From sequence record MZ318361: a stretch of 36,942 nt of DNA, one strand, 5' to 3'. Below, in pieces: positions 1 through 11,329 of this stretch (the first letter of the stretch is position 1; each line of letters opens with the position of its first letter). The notes beneath the pieces are model-generated. The model was not told the DNA's origin, searched no databases, and was given only the letters and a program-made list of their open reading frames with translations. A program made the translations under genes and the position numbers. The DNA comes from Escherichia phage T7.

Positions 1-160
1 TCTCACAGTGTACGGACCTAAAGTTCCCCCATAGGGGGTACCTAAAGCCCAGCCAATCACCTAAAGTCAACCTTCGGTTGACCTTGAGGGTTCCCTAAGG
101 GTTGGGGATGACCCTTGGGTTTGTCTTTGGGTGTTACCTTGAGTGTCTCTCTGTGTCCCT
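1..160. repeat. T7 left terminal direct repeat (partner copy lies just beyond the window end)
   Basis: Recognised T7 terminal redundancy, TCTCACAGTGTACGG... to ...CTGTGTCCCT; second copy not in window so repetition is not directly visible. Confidence 0.7.
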
Positions 161-174
161 ATCTGTTACAGTCT

Positions 175-340
175 CCTAAAGTATCCTCCTAAAGTCACCT
201 CCTAACGTCCATCCTAAAGCCAACACCTAAAGCCTACACCTAAAGACCCATCAAGTCAACGCCTATCTTAAAGTTTAAACATAAAGACCAGACCTAAAGA
301 CCAGACCTAAAGACACTACATAAAGACCAGACCTAAAGAC
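175..340. repeat. Array of imperfect CCTAAAG-type heptamer repeats (left-end concatemer junction / packaging region)
   Basis: CCTAAAG / ACCTAAAGAC motif recurs about 12 times with short spacers. Confidence 0.8.
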
Positions 341-387
341 GCCTTGTTGTTAGCCATAAAGTGATAACCTTTAATCATTGTCTTTAT

Positions 388-410
388 TAATACAACTCAC
401 TATAAGGAGA
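388..410 (+). promoter_or_regulatory. T7 RNAP promoter phiOL
   Basis: TAATACAACTCACTATAAGGAGA, one mismatch to the 23-bp T7 consensus. Confidence 0.85.
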
Positions 411-461
411 GACAACTTAAAGAGACTTAAAAGATTAATTTAAAATTTATCAAAAAGAGTA

Positions 462-498
462 TTGACTTAAAGTCTAACCTATAGGATACTTACAGCCA
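462..498 (+). promoter_or_regulatory. Host sigma70-type early promoter A1
   Basis: TTGACT at 462-467, 17-bp spacer, GATACT at 485-490; recognised T7 A1 context. Confidence 0.75.
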
Positions 499-578
499 TC
501 GAGAGGGACACGGCGAATAGCCATCCCAATCGACACCGGGGTCAACCGGATAAGTAGACAGCCTGATAAGTCGCACGA

Positions 579-932
579 CAGAAAGAAATTGACCGCGCTA
601 AGGCCCGTAAAGAACGTCACGAGGGGCGCTTAGAGGCACGCAGATTCAAACGTCGCAACCGCAAGGCACGTAAAGCACACAAAGCTAAGCGCGAAAGAAT
701 GCTTGCTGCGTGGCGATGGGCTGAACGTCAAGAACGGCGTAACCATGAGGTAGCTGTAGATGTACTAGGAAGAACCAATAACGCTATGCTCTGGGTCAAC
801 ATGTTCTCTGGGGACTTTAAGGCGCTTGAGGAACGAATCGCGCTGCACTGGCGTAATGCTGACCGGATGGCTATCGCTAATGGTCTTACGCTCAACATTG
901 ATAAGCAACTTGACGCAATGTTAATGGGCTGA
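579..932 (+). pseudogene. gp0.7: 3' remnant of gene 0.7 (protein kinase / host shutoff), C-terminal ~117 codons with no native start
   Basis: Open frame translating ...[114 protein letters not shown], which I recognise as the gp0.7 C-terminus; upstream portion absent. Confidence 0.75.
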
Positions 933-934
933 TA

Positions 935-1000
935 GTCTTATCTTACAGGTCATCTGCGGGTGGCCTGAATAGGTACGATTTACTAACTGGAAGAGGCACT
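935..1000 (+). promoter_or_regulatory. Probable RNase III processing site R1 upstream of gene 1
   Basis: Position between 0.7 stop and gene 1 start; hairpin-capable sequence; assignment from known T7 organisation. Confidence 0.4.
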
Positions 1001-1002
1001 AA

Positions 1003-3654
1003 ATGAACACGATTAACATCGCTAAGAACGACTTCTCTGACATCGAACTGGCTGCTATCCCGTTCAACACTCTGGCTGACCATTACGGTGAGCGTTTAGC
1101 TCGCGAACAGTTGGCCCTTGAGCATGAGTCTTACGAGATGGGTGAAGCACGCTTCCGCAAGATGTTTGAGCGTCAACTTAAAGCTGGTGAGGTTGCGGAT
1201 AACGCTGCCGCCAAGCCTCTCATCACTACCCTACTCCCTAAGATGATTGCACGCATCAACGACTGGTTTGAGGAAGTGAAAGCTAAGCGCGGCAAGCGCC
1301 CGACAGCCTTCCAGTTCCTGCAAGAAATCAAGCCGGAAGCCGTAGCGTACATCACCATTAAGACCACTCTGGCTTGCCTAACCAGTGCTGACAATACAAC
1401 CGTTCAGGCTGTAGCAAGCGCAATCGGTCGGGCCATTGAGGACGAGGCTCGCTTCGGTCGTATCCGTGACCTTGAAGCTAAGCACTTCAAGAAAAACGTT
1501 GAGGAACAACTCAACAAGCGCGTAGGGCACGTCTACAAGAAAGCATTTATGCAAGTTGTCGAGGCTGACATGCTCTCTAAGGGTCTACTCGGTGGCGAGG
1601 CGTGGTCTTCGTGGCATAAGGAAGACTCTATTCATGTAGGAGTACGCTGCATCGAGATGCTCATTGAGTCAACCGGAATGGTTAGCTTACACCGCCAAAA
1701 TGCTGGCGTAGTAGGTCAAGACTCTGAGACTATCGAACTCGCACCTGAATACGCTGAGGCTATCGCAACCCGTGCAGGTGCGCTGGCTGGCATCTCTCCG
1801 ATGTTCCAACCTTGCGTAGTTCCTCCTAAGCCGTGGACTGGCATTACTGGTGGTGGCTATTGGGCTAACGGTCGTCGTCCTCTGGCGCTGGTGCGTACTC
1901 ACAGTAAGAAAGCACTGATGCGCTACGAAGACGTTTACATGCCTGAGGTGTACAAAGCGATTAACATTGCGCAAAACACCGCATGGAAAATCAACAAGAA
2001 AGTCCTAGCGGTCGCCAACGTAATCACCAAGTGGAAGCATTGTCCGGTCGAGGACATCCCTGCGATTGAGCGTGAAGAACTCCCGATGAAACCGGAAGAC
2101 ATCGACATGAATCCTGAGGCTCTCACCGCGTGGAAACGTGCTGCCGCTGCTGTGTACCGCAAGGACAAGGCTCGCAAGTCTCGCCGTATCAGCCTTGAGT
2201 TCATGCTTGAGCAAGCCAATAAGTTTGCTAACCATAAGGCCATCTGGTTCCCTTACAACATGGACTGGCGCGGTCGTGTTTACGCTGTGTCAATGTTCAA
2301 CCCGCAAGGTAACGATATGACCAAAGGACTGCTTACGCTGGCGAAAGGTAAACCAATCGGTAAGGAAGGTTACTACTGGCTGAAAATCCACGGTGCAAAC
2401 TGTGCGGGTGTCGATAAGGTTCCGTTCCCTGAGCGCATCAAGTTCATTGAGGAAAACCACGAGAACATCATGGCTTGCGCTAAGTCTCCACTGGAGAACA
2501 CTTGGTGGGCTGAGCAAGATTCTCCGTTCTGCTTCCTTGCGTTCTGCTTTGAGTACGCTGGGGTACAGCACCACGGCCTGAGCTATAACTGCTCCCTTCC
2601 GCTGGCGTTTGACGGGTCTTGCTCTGGCATCCAGCACTTCTCCGCGATGCTCCGAGATGAGGTAGGTGGTCGCGCGGTTAACTTGCTTCCTAGTGAAACC
2701 GTTCAGGACATCTACGGGATTGTTGCTAAGAAAGTCAACGAGATTCTACAAGCAGACGCAATCAATGGGACCGATAACGAAGTAGTTACCGTGACCGATG
2801 AGAACACTGGTGAAATCTCTGAGAAAGTCAAGCTGGGCACTAAGGCACTGGCTGGTCAATGGCTGGCTTACGGTGTTACTCGCAGTGTGACTAAGCGTTC
2901 AGTCATGACGCTGGCTTACGGGTCCAAAGAGTTCGGCTTCCGTCAACAAGTGCTGGAAGATACCATTCAGCCAGCTATTGATTCCGGCAAGGGTCTGATG
3001 TTCACTCAGCCGAATCAGGCTGCTGGATACATGGCTAAGCTGATTTGGGAATCTGTGAGCGTGACGGTGGTAGCTGCGGTTGAAGCAATGAACTGGCTTA
3101 AGTCTGCTGCTAAGCTGCTGGCTGCTGAGGTCAAAGATAAGAAGACTGGAGAGATTCTTCGCAAGCGTTGCGCTGTGCATTGGGTAACTCCTGATGGTTT
3201 CCCTGTGTGGCAGGAATACAAGAAGCCTATTCAGACGCGCTTGAACCTGATGTTCCTCGGTCAGTTCCGCTTACAGCCTACCATTAACACCAACAAAGAT
3301 AGCGAGATTGATGCACACAAACAGGAGTCTGGTATCGCTCCTAACTTTGTACACAGCCAAGACGGTAGCCACCTTCGTAAGACTGTAGTGTGGGCACACG
3401 AGAAGTACGGAATCGAATCTTTTGCACTGATTCACGACTCCTTCGGTACCATTCCGGCTGACGCTGCGAACCTGTTCAAAGCAGTGCGCGAAACTATGGT
3501 TGACACATATGAGTCTTGTGATGTACTGGCTGATTTCTACGACCAGTTCGCTGACCAGTTGCACGAGTCTCAATTGGACAAAATGCCAGCACTTCCGGCT
3601 AAAGGTAACTTGAACTTCCGTGACATCTTAGAGTCGGACTTCGCGTTCGCGTAA
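1003..3654 (+). CDS. gp1: T7 RNA polymerase
   Basis: 883-aa ORF beginning MNTINIAKNDFSDIELAAIPFNTLADHYGERLAREQLALEHESYEMGEARFRKMF and ending ...FAFA; recognised single-subunit RNAP. Confidence 0.98.
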   Translation: MNTINIAKNDFSDIELAAIPFNTLADHYGERLAREQLALEHESYEMGEARFRKMFERQLKAGEVADNAAAKPLITTLLPKMIARINDWFEEVKAKRGKRPTAFQFLQEIKPEAVAYITIKTTLACLTSADNTTVQAVASAIGRAIEDEARFGRIRDLEAKHFKKNVEEQLNKRVGHVYKKAFMQVVEADMLSKGLLGGEAWSSWHKEDSIHVGVRCIEMLIESTGMVSLHRQNAGVVGQDSETIELAPEYAEAIATRAGALAGISPMFQPCVVPPKPWTGITGGGYWANGRRPLALVRTHSKKALMRYEDVYMPEVYKAINIAQNTAWKINKKVLAVANVITKWKHCPVEDIPAIEREELPMKPEDIDMNPEALTAWKRAAAAVYRKDKARKSRRISLEFMLEQANKFANHKAIWFPYNMDWRGRVYAVSMFNPQGNDMTKGLLTLAKGKPIGKEGYYWLKIHGANCAGVDKVPFPERIKFIEENHENIMACAKSPLENTWWAEQDSPFCFLAFCFEYAGVQHHGLSYNCSLPLAFDGSCSGIQHFSAMLRDEVGGRAVNLLPSETVQDIYGIVAKKVNEILQADAINGTDNEVVTVTDENTGEISEKVKLGTKALAGQWLAYGVTRSVTKRSVMTLAYGSKEFGFRQQVLEDTIQPAIDSGKGLMFTQPNQAAGYMAKLIWESVSVTVVAAVEAMNWLKSAAKLLAAEVKDKKTGEILRKRCAVHWVTPDGFPVWQEYKKPIQTRLNLMFLGQFRLQPTINTNKDSEIDAHKQESGIAPNFVHSQDGSHLRKTVVWAHEKYGIESFALIHDSFGTIPADAANLFKAVRETMVDTYESCDVLADFYDQFADQLHESQLDKMPALPAKGNLNFRDILESDFAFA

Positions 3655-3662
3655 CGCCAAAT

Positions 3663-3685
3663 CAATACGACTCACTATAGAGGGA
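3663..3685 (+). promoter_or_regulatory. T7 promoter phi1.1A
   Basis: CAATACGACTCACTATAGAGGGA. Confidence 0.85.
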
Positions 3686-3692
3686 CAAACTC

Positions 3693-3729
3693 AAGGTCAT
3701 TCGCAAGAGTGGCCTTTATGATTGACCTT
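3693..3729 (+). promoter_or_regulatory. Probable RNase III site R1.1 hairpin
   Basis: AAGGTCA ... TGACCTT inverted repeat between phi1.1A and phi1.1B. Confidence 0.45.
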
Positions 3730-3737
3730 CTTCCGGT

Positions 3738-3760
3738 TAATACGACTCACTATAGGAGAA
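3738..3760 (+). promoter_or_regulatory. T7 promoter phi1.1B
   Basis: TAATACGACTCACTATAGGAGAA. Confidence 0.85.
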
Positions 3761-3838
3761 CCTTAAGGTTTAACTTTAAGACCCTTAAGTGTTAATTAGA
3801 GATTTAAATTAAAGAATTACTAAGAGAGGACTTTAAGT

Positions 3839-3967
3839 ATGCGTAACTTCGAAAAGATGACCAAACGTTCTAACCGTAATGCTCGTGACTTCGAGGCAAC
3901 CAAAGGTCGCAAGTTGAATAAGACTAAGCGTGACCGCTCTCACAAGCGTAGCTGGGAGGGTCAGTAA
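3839..3967 (+). CDS. gp1.1: Gene 1.1 small basic protein
   Basis: 42-aa ORF MRNFEKMTKRSNRNARDFEATKGRKLNKTKRDRSHKRSWEGQ; below ORF-track size cutoff, found by reading the sequence. Confidence 0.8.
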   Translation: MRNFEKMTKRSNRNARDFEATKGRKLNKTKRDRSHKRSWEGQ

Positions 3968-3968
3968 G

Positions 3969-4226
3969 ATGGGACGTTTATATAGTGGTAATCTGGCAGC
4001 ATTCAAGGCAGCAACAAACAAGCTGTTCCAGTTAGACTTAGCGGTCATTTATGATGACTGGTATGATGCCTATACAAGAAAAGATTGCATACGGTTACGT
4101 ATTGAGGACAGGAGTGGAAACCTGATTGATACTAGCACCTTCTACCACCACGACGAGGACGTTCTGTTCAATATGTGTACTGATTGGTTGAACCATATGT
4201 ATGACCAGTTGAAGGACTGGAAGTAA
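3969..4226 (+). CDS. gp1.2: Gene 1.2 (host dGTPase inhibitor)
   Basis: 85-aa ORF from MGRLYSGNLAAFKAATNKLFQ; start is the internal Met of the 98-aa track ORF, 1 nt after the 1.1 stop. Confidence 0.85.
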   Translation: MGRLYSGNLAAFKAATNKLFQLDLAVIYDDWYDAYTRKDCIRLRIEDRSGNLIDTSTFYHHDEDVLFNMCTDWLNHMYDQLKDWK

Positions 4227-4246
4227 TACGACTCAGTATAGGGACA
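4224..4246 (+). promoter_or_regulatory. T7 promoter phi1.3
   Basis: TAATACGACTCAGTATAGGGACA. Confidence 0.8.
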
Positions 4247-4306
4247 ATGCTTAAGGTCGCTCTCTAGGAGTGGCCTTAGTCATTTAACCAATAGGAGATA
4301 AACATT

Positions 4307-5386
4307 ATGATGAACATTAAGACTAACCCGTTTAAAGCCGTGTCTTTCGTAGAGTCTGCCATTAAGAAGGCTCTGGATAACGCTGGGTATCTTATCGCTG
4401 AAATCAAGTACGATGGTGTACGCGGGAACATCTGCGTAGACAATACTGCTAACAGTTACTGGCTCTCTCGTGTATCTAAAACGATTCCGGCACTGGAGCA
4501 CTTAAACGGGTTTGATGTTCGCTGGAAGCGTCTACTGAACGATGACCGTTGCTTCTACAAAGATGGCTTTATGCTTGATGGGGAACTCATGGTCAAGGGC
4601 GTAGACTTTAACACAGGGTCCGGCCTACTGCGTACCAAATGGACTGACACGAAGAACCAAGAGTTCCATGAAGAGTTATTCGTTGAACCAATCCGTAAGA
4701 AAGATAAAGTTCCCTTTAAGCTGCACACTGGACACCTTCACATAAAACTGTACGCTATCCTTCCGCTGCACATCGTGGAGTCTGGAGAAGACTGTGATGT
4801 CATGACGTTGCTCATGCAGGAACACGTTAAGAACATGCTGCCTCTGCTACAGGAATACTTCCCTGAAATCGAATGGCAAGCGGCTGAATCTTACGAGGTC
4901 TACGATATGGTAGAACTACAGCAACTGTACGAGCAGAAGCGAGCAGAAGGCCATGAGGGTCTCATTGTGAAAGACCCGATGTGTATCTATAAGCGCGGTA
5001 AGAAATCTGGCTGGTGGAAAATGAAACCTGAGAACGAAGCTGACGGTATCATTCAGGGTCTGGTATGGGGTACAAAAGGTCTGGCTAATGAAGGTAAAGT
5101 GATTGGTTTTGAGGTGCTTCTTGAGAGTGGTCGTTTAGTTAACGCCACGAATATCTCTCGCGCCTTAATGGATGAGTTCACTGAGACAGTAAAAGAGGCC
5201 ACCCTAAGTCAATGGGGATTCTTTAGCCCATACGGTATTGGCGACAACGATGCTTGTACTATTAACCCTTACGATGGCTGGGCGTGTCAAATTAGCTACA
5301 TGGAGGAAACACCTGATGGCTCTTTGCGGCACCCATCGTTCGTAATGTTCCGTGGCACCGAGGACAACCCTCAAGAGAAAATGTAA
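4307..5386 (+). CDS. gp1.3: ATP-dependent DNA ligase
   Basis: 359-aa ORF; adenylation-site motif in LIAEIKYDGVRG. Confidence 0.95.
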   Translation: MMNIKTNPFKAVSFVESAIKKALDNAGYLIAEIKYDGVRGNICVDNTANSYWLSRVSKTIPALEHLNGFDVRWKRLLNDDRCFYKDGFMLDGELMVKGVDFNTGSGLLRTKWTDTKNQEFHEELFVEPIRKKDKVPFKLHTGHLHIKLYAILPLHIVESGEDCDVMTLLMQEHVKNMLPLLQEYFPEIEWQAAESYEVYDMVELQQLYEQKRAEGHEGLIVKDPMCIYKRGKKSGWWKMKPENEADGIIQGLVWGTKGLANEGKVIGFEVLLESGRLVNATNISRALMDEFTETVKEATLSQWGFFSPYGIGDNDACTINPYDGWACQISYMEETPDGSLRHPSFVMFRGTEDNPQEKM

Positions 5387-5393
5387 TCACACT

Positions 5394-5424
5394 GGCTCAC
5401 CTTCGGGTGGGCCTTTCTGCGTTT
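5394..5424 (+). terminator. Early-region intrinsic terminator TE
   Basis: GGCTCACC-TTCG-GGTGGGCC hairpin followed by a T-rich run right after the ligase stop. Confidence 0.8.
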
Positions 5425-5439
5425 ATAAGGAGACACTTT

Positions 5440-5592
5440 ATGTTTAAGAAGGTTGGTAAATTCCTTGCGGCTTTGGCAGCTATCCTGACGCTTGCGTATA
5501 TTCTTGCGGTATACCCTCAAGTAGCACTAGTAGTTGGCGCTTGTTACTTAGCGGCAGTGTGTGCTTGCGTGTGGAGTATAGTTAACTGGTAA
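5440..5592 (+). CDS. gp1.4: Gene 1.4 small hydrophobic protein
   Basis: ORF MFKKVGKFLAALAAILTLAYILAVYPQVALVVGACYLAAVCACVWSIVNW. Confidence 0.75.
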   Translation: MFKKVGKFLAALAAILTLAYILAVYPQVALVVGACYLAAVCACVWSIVNW

Positions 5593-5612
5593 TACGACTC
5601 ACTAAAGGAGGT
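5590..5612 (+). promoter_or_regulatory. T7 promoter phi1.5
   Basis: TAATACGACTCACTAAAGGAGGT. Confidence 0.85.
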
Positions 5613-5619
5613 ACACACC

Positions 5620-5709
5620 ATGATGTACTTAATGCCATTACTCATCGTCATTGTAGGATGCCTTGCGCTCCACTGTAGCGATGATGATATGCCAGATGGT
5701 CACGCTTAA
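5620..5709 (+). CDS. gp1.5: Gene 1.5 small protein
   Basis: 29-aa ORF MMYLMPLLIVIVGCLALHCSDDDMPDGHA right after phi1.5. Confidence 0.7.
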   Translation: MMYLMPLLIVIVGCLALHCSDDDMPDGHA

Positions 5710-5729
5710 TACGACTCACTAAAGGAGAC
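5707..5729 (+). promoter_or_regulatory. T7 promoter phi1.6
   Basis: TAATACGACTCACTAAAGGAGAC. Confidence 0.85.
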
Positions 5730-5734
5730 ACTAT

Positions 5735-5995
5735 ATGTTTCGACTTCATTACAACAAAAGCGTTAAGAATTTCACGGTTCGCCGTGCTGACCGTTCAATC
5801 GTATGTGCGAGCGAGCGCCGAGCTAAGATACCTCTTATTGGTAACACAGTTCCTTTGGCACCGAGCGTCCACATCATTATCACCCGTGGTGACTTTGAGA
5901 AAGCAATAGACAAGAAACGTCCGGTTCTTAGTGTGGCAGTGACTCGCTTCCCGTTCGTCCGTCTGTTACTCAAACGAATCAAGGAGGTGTTCTGA
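5735..5995 (+). CDS. gp1.6: Gene 1.6 protein
   Basis: 86-aa ORF downstream of phi1.6 with AGGAG Shine-Dalgarno. Confidence 0.8.
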
Positions 5996-6577
5996 TGGGA
6001 CTGTTAGATGGTGAAGCCTGGGAAAAAGAAAACCCGCCAGTACAAGCAACTGGGTGTATAGCTTGCTTAGAGAAAGATGACCGTTATCCACACACCTGTA
6101 ACAAAGGAGCTAACGATATGACCGAACGTGAACAAGAGATGATCATTAAGTTGATAGACAATAATGAAGGTCGCCCAGATGATTTGAATGGCTGCGGTAT
6201 TCTCTGCTCCAATGTCCCTTGCCACCTCTGCCCCGCAAATAACGATCAAAAAATAACCTTAGGTGAAATCCGAGCGATGGACCCACGTAAACCACATCTG
6301 AATAAACCTGAGGTAACTCCTACAGATGACCAGCCTTCCGCTGAGACAATCGAAGGTGTCACTAAGCCTTCCCACTACATGCTGTTTGACGACATTGAGG
6401 CTATCGAAGTGATTGCTCGTTCAATGACCGTTGAGCAGTTCAAGGGATACTGCTTCGGTAACATCTTAAAGTACAGACTACGTGCTGGTAAGAAGTCAGA
6501 GTTAGCGTACTTAGAGAAAGACCTAGCGAAAGCAGACTTCTATAAAGAACTCTTTGAGAAACATAAGGATAAATGTT

Positions 6578-6585
<8 letters not shown>
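5995..6585 (+). CDS. gp1.7: Gene 1.7 nucleotide kinase
   Basis: 196-aa ORF; ATGA overlap with the 1.6 stop. Confidence 0.85.
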
Positions 6586-6918
<333 letters not shown>

Positions 6919-6921
<3 letters not shown>

Positions 6922-6941
6922 TACGACTCACTATTAGGGAA
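6919..6941 (+). promoter_or_regulatory. T7 promoter phi2.5
   Basis: TAATACGACTCACTATTAGGGAA. Confidence 0.8.
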
Positions 6942-6986
6942 GACTCCCTCTGAGAAACCAAACGAAACCTAAAGGAGATTAACATT

Positions 6987-7685
6987 ATGGCTAAGAAGAT
7001 TTTCACCTCTGCGCTGGGTACCGCTGAACCTTACGCTTACATCGCCAAGCCGGACTACGGCAACGAAGAGCGTGGCTTTGGGAACCCTCGTGGTGTCTAT
7101 AAAGTTGACCTGACTATTCCCAACAAAGACCCGCGCTGCCAGCGTATGGTCGATGAAATCGTGAAGTGTCACGAAGAGGCTTATGCTGCTGCCGTTGAGG
7201 AATACGAAGCTAATCCACCTGCTGTAGCTCGTGGTAAGAAACCGCTGAAACCGTATGAGGGTGACATGCCGTTCTTCGATAACGGTGACGGTACGACTAC
7301 CTTTAAGTTCAAATGCTACGCGTCTTTCCAAGACAAGAAGACCAAAGAGACCAAGCACATCAATCTGGTTGTGGTTGACTCAAAAGGTAAGAAGATGGAA
7401 GACGTTCCGATTATCGGTGGTGGCTCTAAGCTGAAAGTTAAATATTCTCTGGTTCCATACAAGTGGAACACTGCTGTAGGTGCGAGCGTTAAGCTGCAAC
7501 TGGAATCCGTGATGCTGGTCGAACTGGCTACCTTTGGTGGCGGTGAAGACGATTGGGCTGACGAAGTTGAAGAGAACGGCTATGTTGCCTCTGGTTCTGC
7601 CAAAGCGAGCAAACCACGCGACGAAGAAAGCTGGGACGAAGACGACGAAGAGTCCGAGGAAGCAGACGAAGACGGAGACTTCTAA
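6987..7685 (+). CDS. gp2.5: Single-stranded DNA-binding protein
   Basis: 232-aa ORF with the characteristic acidic C-terminal tail ...DEDDEESEEADEDGDF. Confidence 0.95.
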   Translation: MAKKIFTSALGTAEPYAYIAKPDYGNEERGFGNPRGVYKVDLTIPNKDPRCQRMVDEIVKCHEEAYAAAVEEYEANPPAVARGKKPLKPYEGDMPFFDNGDGTTTFKFKCYASFQDKKTKETKHINLVVVDSKGKKMEDVPIIGGGSKLKVKYSLVPYKWNTAVGASVKLQLESVMLVELATFGGGEDDWADEVEENGYVASGSAKASKPRDEESWDEDDEESEEADEDGDF

Positions 7686-8105
7686 GTGGAACTGCGGGAG
7701 AAAATCCTTGAGCGAATCAAGGTGACTTCCTCTGGGTGTTGGGAGTGGCAGGGCGCTACGAACAATAAAGGGTACGGGCAGGTGTGGTGCAGCAATACCG
7801 GAAAGGTTGTCTACTGTCATCGCGTAATGTCTAATGCTCCGAAAGGTTCTACCGTCCTGCACTCCTGTGATAATCCATTATGTTGTAACCCTGAACACCT
7901 ATCCATAGGAACTCCAAAAGAGAACTCCACTGACATGGTAAATAAGGGTCGCTCACACAAGGGGTATAAACTTTCAGACGAAGACGTAATGGCAATCATG
8001 GAATCCAGCGAGTCCAATGTATCCTTAGCTCGCACCTATGGTGTCTCCCAACAGACTATTTGTGATATACGCAAAGGGAGGCGACATGGCAGGTTACGGC
8101 GCTAA
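7686..8105 (+). CDS. gp2.8: Gene 2.8 HNH-endonuclease-like protein
   Basis: 139-aa ORF with GTG start; GCWEWQG...KGYG...H...HSCDNPLCCNPEHL motif, paralogous to gene 7.7. Confidence 0.8.
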   Translation: MELREKILERIKVTSSGCWEWQGATNNKGYGQVWCSNTGKVVYCHRVMSNAPKGSTVLHSCDNPLCCNPEHLSIGTPKENSTDMVNKGRSHKGYKLSDEDVMAIMESSESNVSLARTYGVSQQTICDIRKGRRHGRLRR

Positions 8106-8534
8106 AGGAATCCGAAAGGTTGGAGCGTTTCGCTCTGGCCTAGAGGACAAGGTTTCAAAGCAGTTGGAATCAAAAGGTATTAAATTCGAGTATGAAGAGT
8201 GGAAAGTGCCTTATGTAATTCCGGCGAGCAATCACACTTACACTCCAGACTTCTTACTTCCAAACGGTATATTCGTTGAGACAAAGGGTCTGTGGGAAAG
8301 CGATGATAGAAAGAAGCACTTATTAATTAGGGAGCAGCACCCCGAGCTAGACATCCGTATTGTCTTCTCAAGCTCACGTACTAAGTTATACAAAGGTTCT
8401 CCAACGTCTTATGGAGAGTTCTGCGAAAAGCATGGTATTAAGTTCGCTGATAAACTGATACCTGCTGAGTGGATAAAGGAACCCAAGAAGGAGGTCCCCT
8501 TTGATAGATTAAAAAGGAAAGGAGGAAAGAAATA

Positions 8535-8535
<1 letters not shown>
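8086..8535 (+). CDS. gp3: Endonuclease I (Holliday-junction resolvase)
   Basis: 149-aa ORF from MAGYGAKGIRKVGAFRSGLEDKVSKQLE; track ORF starts further upstream at a non-native Met. Confidence 0.9.
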
Positions 8536-10799
<2,264 letters not shown>

Positions 10800-10802
<3 letters not shown>

Positions 10803-10822
10803 TACGACTCACTAAAGGAGAC
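10800..10822 (+). promoter_or_regulatory. T7 promoter phi4.3
   Basis: TAATACGACTCACTAAAGGAGAC. Confidence 0.85.
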
Positions 10823-10827
10823 ACACC

Positions 10828-11040
10828 ATGTTCAAACTGATTAAGAAGTTAGGCCAACTGCTGGTTCGTATGTACAACGTGGAAGCCAAGCGACTGAACG
10901 ATGAGGCTCGTAAAGAGGCCACACAGTCACGCGCTCTGGCGATTCGCTCCAACGAACTGGCTGACAGTGCATCCACTAAAGTTACCGAGGCTGCCCGTGT
11001 GGCAAACCAAGCTCAACAGCTTTCCAAATTCTTTGAGTAA
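10828..11040 (+). CDS. gp4.3: Gene 4.3 protein
   Basis: 70-aa ORF just downstream of phi4.3. Confidence 0.8.
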   Translation: MFKLIKKLGQLLVRMYNVEAKRLNDEARKEATQSRALAIRSNELADSASTKVTEAARVANQAQQLSKFFE

Positions 11041-11059
11041 TCAAACAGGAGAAACCATT

Positions 11060-11329
11060 ATGTCTAACGTAGCTGAAACTATCCGTCTATCCGATACAGC
11101 TGACCAGTGGAACCGTCGAGTCCACATCAACGTTCGCAACGGTAAGGCGACTATGGTTTACCGCTGGAAGGACTCTAAGTCCTCTAAGAATCACACTCAG
11201 CGTATGACGTTGACAGATGAGCAAGCACTGCGTCTGGTCAATGCGCTTACCAAAGCTGCCGTGACAGCAATTCATGAAGCTGGTCGCGTCAATGAAGCTA
11301 TGGCTATCCTCGACAAGATTGATAACTAA
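11060..11329 (+). CDS. gp4.5: Gene 4.5 protein
   Basis: 89-aa ORF from MSNVAETIRLSDTADQWNRRVHINV; AGGAG Shine-Dalgarno. Confidence 0.85.
   Translation: MSNVAETIRLSDTADQWNRRVHINVRNGKATMVYRWKDSKSSKNHTQRMTLTDEQALRLVNALTKAAVTAIHEAGRVNEAMAILDKIDN

Larger units (their letters stand above)
3663..3835. other. Primary origin of DNA replication region (paired promoters phi1.1A/B plus AT-rich tract)
   Basis: Two tandem T7 promoters followed by an AT-rich stretch (ttaaggtttaactttaagaccc...gatttaaattaaagaattac); matches the known architecture of the T7 primary origin. Confidence 0.5.

Noticed and set aside
7534-7725. 63-aa alternative-frame ORF overlapping the 3' end of gene 2.5
   Set aside because: Highly basic, low-complexity translation of the acidic-tail coding region in another frame; typical frame artefact.
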